Assembly (NCBI GenBank): GCA_000165425.1
Contig: CT868040.1
Coordinates: forward strand, 62,001 to 126,000
Source: Paramecium tetraurelia
Lineage: Eukaryota
Direction of reading: 5' to 3'
Length of the DNA stretch: 64,000 bases
The translations under genes were made by a program, and so were the position numbers. This document shows, in pieces, positions 58,101 through 64,000 of this stretch. Within the stretch, counting starts at the first letter, position 1. Each line of letters begins with the position of its first letter. The notes under the pieces were generated by a model, which was not told the DNA's origin, ran no database searches, and saw only the letters and a program-made list of their open reading frames with translations.

Positions 58101-59920
58101 TAGATCATTTCGTTGGATCAACGCTACTTAATTTTTGGAGGTCTGGATGGTGTATTACACACTTTGAGTATTGATTCCCTAGAGAGAGGCCCAAACATCA
58201 GTCTTCATTCTAATCAACAAGTCAATTGTGTTCTGTAGAATGAAGATGGAGTCCTCATCGCTCAAGGCAGTCATATTAGTTTTGTGTACTCTCCAGAGAC
58301 TGTCAATGAACTCAAGGTTACTAATTAAAAGTACTTTCAATCTCCAGTTGTGCTGTATCAAGGAGAGTGTGTCTGTTATGAAAAGAGATTGCTTACCTTT
58401 ACTAAGTAAGGCAAGATGGTCGTTTGGTCTTTACAAGACAAACTGTTCCCTGATATTAGTAACTTTTTGATGGATACTGAATTTCCACATAAGTTAAAAC
58501 CTATCGATAGACAATATCTATTGGTAGATGCCAAAATCTCTAAGGAGAACTTCAGCATTTATTTAATTAAAGAGAACGGAGAAATCATTAAAGATTCAAC
58601 TAAACTGATTAAATTCGAAAGAGAAGACACCTATTTTTATATGGAAATTGATTAAACATAACAATAAGGCTTATGGAGATTGGGAGCATATCTTTAGAAT
58701 ACAGAACTAATCAGATCAAAATAACCTAAAATATACTTTATATCCTCACACGGATTTTAAGTATTAAATTTTCCTTAATAAATTCCTATTAGTAAGAAAT
58801 AGGCTTATCATTGGCTCATTGGAACCTTAATTCCCAATGTAGAAACATTGAAATCTACTTCGCTTTATACGGATTCTTAAATTGTTGGCAAATTCCCAAG
58901 TTTGGAAATGAGTAAACATGAGGGTAAAATCAATCAAATCGTCTTCCTTAATAAAGATGAGTTCATTACTGCAGGGGAAGACAAATAAGTTATCATTTGG
59001 AATGCATCGACGTTTGGAATCAACAAGGTGTTGTAACATGAGGCTGAAGTCTTAAGTGTTTATGTACATAATGGAATGTTGTTGGCAGGTAACAAGGAGG
59101 GAACAGTAATTGGATGGAAATAACACGATGGTATTTGGTAAATGGATATCAAATTCAAACATCATGAAAAAGGAGTCTATTCCATTGTCTATGTTGACGG
59201 TAGCATTGTGACAGCATCCGAAGACAGAAAGATTCAACTGGTCAATTTTGTATCATGTGCTTTGGAACATGTGGAACCAGTAGACAGAACATTTGTGATA
59301 TCATTGGTTGCCTATAATAAGGATGTATTTGCTGCAGGATTCCCAGATGGCAGAGTCAAAACATACAAAAGAGTAAGTTTGATGTTTGCTATATGTAGGA
59401 AAAAACAGGTCCAAAGATTATATTGAAGACCTTAAGAACAGTTACTACAGTAAAAGTGCAACATTTGTACATGGTTAGCAATAATCAATTATTTGTGGGA
59501 GGCATGGATAAAGTGAGTGACTTGATGAATGTGGATCAAGGAACCAAATTGAAGTAAAAATAATTAATTATTTTATCATTTAGAACATTAAAGGATGGTC
59601 ATACAGGATCCATTTTATGCAGCATGCTCTATTGCAAGCATCTTATAACTGGAGGTTCAGATGGTAGATTGAGCATTTGGAATTTCGATAAAGGATTGCT
59701 AATCAAGACATATGAATTGACTAAAGAAGAAATTAGAGGAGTCTTTATTGTTGGTAGACTGCTGATTACTGCAAGTAAATTTAATATCAAAGTTTTAGGT
59801 TCCAATGGAATGATAAGAATTTGGTAAGAGATTTGCCCGTTTATTGAGTAAATACCACCTGAAGAAGAGCCAGAATAATAATAATAACAATAATAATAAT
59901 AACAATAATTATAATAGTGA
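55118..59920 (+). CDS. Large multidomain protein: Rdx (SelW/SelT-like, CxxC) domain, beta-sandwich repeats, WD40 repeats, poly-Gln tail
   Basis: VTIEYCTNC...ALKNEIIQRFP...RLGCFEVQV...SKLNTKAWP; ERTNQDGRISLKNVPLDVYEVII; WD40s (HEGKINQIVFLNKDEFITAGEDKQVIIWN, GHTGSILC...ITGGSDGRLSIWN); many micro-introns; continuity checked by eye only. Confidence 0.78.
59876..59917 (+). repeat. (TAA/CAA)n tract encoding poly-Gln
   Basis: taa taa taa taa caa taa taa taa taa caa taa tta taa tag then TGA. Confidence 0.9.
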
Positions 59921-60077
59921 TTTATATTCAATAAAATAATTAATATGATCATCAATAAGTCTTGACCATTCGATATAAATATTGTATAGATGATCATTAT
60001 CAGGGCTTCTTTGTAGATATCTAAGATACTATTTATTAAAATGAAAAACAAAATCAGCTTAATTTATTATATTAATT

Positions 60078-61059
60078 ATGTTAATAAATAAGAGATTTAC
60101 ATTTACATTTTATAAGTGTTTGTAAAATGCAAAAAAGTTCATATTCTTGAATAGGTTTTATAGTACTTTGAAATTCGTAATAGCTTTGATTTTAAGCTTT
60201 AGTTTGAATTGTTAATCAGCTAATATTATGTAATGGTTGGTGATATTGACACTGCATTCAATTGTAGCATATTTCTATTACACCAAATTATATCAATTTT
60301 TGAATGACATAGTAATGTAAATAAGCATTCTAGGGAGTTGTAATAGAAATAGCAGAAAGTTTAAATCATGCAATAATATTCGAAGAAGGACATTCTCTAC
60401 CCTAATCTCAAGGAGATCAACTATTTGAATTTGTAGTGCCCTCGAATCAAGACTCGTATTTCTATCTGAGTCAAGACGAGAGAGAGAGAAGATAAATCAT
60501 ACTTACAGAGCAAATCAAATCTGAAGTTTCAATGAGAAACAGAACCATTTATTATGTGCGAATCTTCAATGCCTTGACAAATCAAATACTCATAATTTGG
60601 GCAATATGCATCTAAGCCAAAATGGAACCCATTGATAATTGCTATAGAAATTTGGTCACTTTTTAGGTGATATTCCTAGTGATATCAGTGTATCAGTATT
60701 GGGAACTGTACGTGTTATGCTTAATAATTTTGATATCATTACCATTCATTCTCTTAATGTTATTATGGAAGAAGTTGAAATAATAAAAATAGAGTTACGA
60801 AAATCAGTAAATTTTAAAAGAACTTATATTAAATGCAAAAGTGATTTATCAATGTGAAAATGTATAAGGTGATCAGGAATGTGGAATTTGCCTATAAGTT
60901 TACTGTAGAAATGAAGAATTGTTGGTCCTTCCTTGCAACTAATAACATCATTTTCATCTGCATTGCATAAAGGCTTGGCTAATTTTAAATTTTAGTTGCC
61001 CAAAATGCAGATCAAAGATTAGTGATTACAGAACCACTTAATAAACAAGCATTTTATGA
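60078..61059 (+). CDS. Transmembrane RING-H2 E3 ubiquitin ligase (319 aa)
   Basis: Several TMs then CGICLQVYCRNEELLVLPCNQQHHFHLHCIKAWLILNFSCPKCR; one 22-nt intron. Confidence 0.9.
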
Positions 61060-61083
61060 TATTTTATTTATGTTATGATAATG

Positions 61084-62082
61084 TCATAATGTTGCAGATG
61101 CAATCTTTCTTTCCTTATATTCTTCTATCAATTTCATTAAGTGATTCATAGATCTTTATGGATCAAGTCCCTTTGGACATGTAAAAGAACACATTCCAAT
61201 ATTTTAGCAATCCTCTACCTTAACATCCTCAGCTATAGATCTATAGAGATATAAGGATACCCAATTTTTCCAATCTCTCGTCTGTATACTCGTCTCTAGA
61301 ATCCACAATCCATCTATAGGCTTGCATAAGGACAGCTGGACCGAGATATCTATCTGGATGCCACCAGTAAGATGGACAGGAGGTGGAACAGCATGCACAC
61401 AACACACATTCATAGAGACCATCTAATAGCTTTCTGTCTTCGACTGATTGGATGTATTCCTTGTTTCCTTCCTAAGAAGATAAAATTAGATTTTTATACC
61501 TTTGGAGTCTTTCTCTTCAGATAAGGGTCGATAGTTTTGTATTGAGTGTAGAAGTTGGTCATGTCAACCACAAGGTCTTTCACAACGAACATGTGACCTA
61601 GAGGAGTGATGTAGGCTGGCTAAGTCAAATCAGTGTCGATTGCATGGATGCATGCCAACTTATGGAGACCATTGCAGTTCATAGAACATGATCCACAGAT
61701 ACCCTCTCTGCATGAACGACGGAGGGAGAGAGAGGAATCATAATTGTCTTTGATGTACAATAATGCATCCAAATACATAGGGGGTATCTTCTTCAAGTCC
61801 ACATAGTAACTCACGTATTTGGGAAAGTCGTTTTCGTCCTAAAATCAATATATTGAATCATACAGCTGGATCGTATCTGTAAATCAGAAATTGCTTCATT
61901 TTAGCCTTCTCTTCCACTGTTAGTTTTGGATCATGTTCCACCACATAGTTTATTTATTGAATGCCTTTTACTGTACTTGAAACAGTGTCAAACAATCTCT
62001 TAGTAGCATCATTACTATCGTGATGATGTGTGCCATGCCAGAACATTGGTCTTCTTATTACTGCAGACAATCTCTATAACAT
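61084..62082 (-). CDS. SDHB: Succinate dehydrogenase iron-sulfur subunit
   Basis: [59 protein letters not shown]; presequence; three micro-introns. Confidence 0.96.
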
Positions 62083-62131
62083 AATTAAATTTATATATCA
62101 ATTTCAATCCTCAAAATAAGTACTTAAGAAT

Positions 62132-62655
62132 TCAATTTTCCTTCTTTTCTTCGCTCTTCTCCTCCACCTTTGCCTCATCCTTCTTCCCTTCATCTTCTCC
62201 CTTCTGACTCTCTCCTTCCTTCTTAATCTTGTCCATGATTTCCTTCTCATTCACATCTCCGAAGTCCTTCATCAACTCGCATTTTGCATTGTGTAGCATC
62301 GATTGAAGATAAAATGACCCTCCCTTCACTGGATCATTTTTATGGAACTACCTCCAATAAACCTACAAATTATAATCCTTCCTAATACTCTGATAATTTC
62401 TTCAGGGCTTGCCTTCTCCGGAACTAATTGCAATATTTTAAAGGCTTCATCCCTTGTCATAGGTTTATGTGTCAGATTTGCCGCCTGCATCGTTTGATTG
62501 AGGAACTCTGTAAATGGATTTCCTGCCTTTCCTCCTTATTCTAATCTAATTGCTAACTTCATACATTTTGCACTCTATTAATAGGCTTTCATAAATGACT
62601 TCGCTACAGTGGAACTGACCTCTATTATCAACTTAATTATCAGACGTTTGACCAT
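62132..62655 (-). CDS. PAM16: Mitochondrial import motor subunit Pam16/Tim16
   Basis: VAKSFMKAYQQ...MTRDEAFKILQL...NDPVKGGSFYLQS; two micro-introns. Confidence 0.9.
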
Positions 62656-63273
62656 GAATAAATTATTTGACTTAAAAAGAATTTATGTACTTAATTATAT
62701 TCTTAAATCATTTTTCACTTTCTCAAATATACTACTTTGCAATCATCTATTTGGAGTTTCCAATAGGAACTACCTCACCATATTCCCCCCTAAAAGATAC
62801 TCAATTATTTCCTCATTTTCATTGCTATTAGAGTTCAATATCGGGTGAGTAAGAATCAATAATTAGATACTTATCAGGTAAAGATTCGTGAGTTGGATTA
62901 TTGGAGGAATAAGACATAAAGTAGATAAAGAAATTGAACGTGGTTTTATCAACGGTATTGTTATTCTAAATCAACTGATTGTTTTCACTATTATTTTGAT
63001 AGTTCATGATCCAAATGTCTTATTGTTTCTTATTTTCTACTATTCTTAATGGGAATCTTATCAATAAAATTGAAAAGATTTAAGAATTACATATTTAACT
63101 TTATAGAATTTCTTTAAAATGAAATATTAACTTTTTTTATCTTCCTGTTTAGGAACCCTTAGATTAGTAAAAGGTGGAACAATGACAATATAATATCTAT
63201 CTTTTAAATATTTTTTGGTATTCTGTGTATAACTAATTAAGAAATATCTAGAGAAATATTAATTAATAAAATC

Positions 63274-64000
63274 ATGAATACATCTTTAGAAATGAAACCA
63301 AGATCAATATCTGACTACACCAATAAAAACCCAAAAATAAAAATAATTGAAATGCCAAATAATCAAAATCAAACATATGCTTTTGATGGAAAAAGGGGTG
63401 CAGATAGAAATTATTATGACCCAAAAAAATCAAACTAATCAATAATTTAAAATAATACTAAAGCTCAAATTAAAGTATAGGACTTTGGAACATCAATGAG
63501 TCCTTTTATACAATGTAAGTATCTAGATTAATATTTATAATAGAAAATTTTAGAAACCAAATCCAATCATTTGGCAATTAGTAAATTCCTTGTGTACAGA
63601 AAAACCCATTTAAACCAAATGATATATATGAGAAATAGTATAAAGCATATCCCAAATAAAACATAACTTCGACTATTAGAGAAGAAAAAAGTTAATTCGG
63701 AAACAGTGTTAGAAGTGTTTCAGAATATAAAGCACCAACCCAGAATTAATAGAACAATCAACTTCAATAATATGAAAATAGTAAATTATTTCATTAGAAT
63801 CCTAATGTTAATAAGTTTAATATTTTCTAATCAAATTATATGAAAAAATAAGACTCATAAATAAATAAAGACTCATAAATGAATCAAGAATAATTAGAAG
63901 AAACTAATATTTTTGAGTCTAAAGTTTTTACAAGATAAGTTCAATGCTATACTTGTTTATAAAATATTGATGGAACTTAATATTAATTAAATTGCTAACA
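63274..64000 (+). CDS. Hypothetical low-complexity protein, partial (runs off window)
   Basis: MNTSLEMKPRSISDYTNKNPK...; N/Q/K-rich; intron near 63515. Confidence 0.55.

Noticed and set aside
63850..63880. Direct repeat aagactcataaat x2
   Set aside because: Two short copies in low-complexity coding sequence; not an array

Overview
Eukaryotic, very AT-rich, gene-dense DNA from a ciliate macronuclear (somatic) genome, almost certainly Paramecium (aurelia-complex style). TAA/TAG encode Gln and only TGA is stop, and genes carry tiny 20-33 nt GT...AG introns, so the supplied standard-code ORF track fragments every real gene. Re-reading by hand with the ciliate code gives about 30 genes: an ATXR3/SDG2-type SET methyltransferase, a VAP/MSP protein, CK1, PRP4 kinase, a tesmin/CXC protein, a kelch protein, UBA-PTH2, YAK1/DYRK, a membrane hybrid histidine kinase, mitochondrial uL15, a NEK, an HMG-like protein, a CAMK-group kinase, RPT6, SFT2, a cyclin, a PZP+PHD protein, a FAM161-like protein, a large Rdx(CxxC)-WD40 fusion, a RING-H2 ligase, SDHB, PAM16 and several hypotheticals, interspersed with decayed gene remnants. 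No rRNA, tRNA, CRISPR, telomere, IES or transposon was recognised. Most notable: a 1-nt frameshift in the RPT6 Walker B motif, the Rdx-WD40 fusion, the plant-type SET enzyme, and extreme gene packing (13 bp between divergent ATGs, 6 bp between convergent stops). I did not find a clear multi-gene novel system. All coordinates and translations are manual, and family calls rest on recalled motifs rather than database searches.
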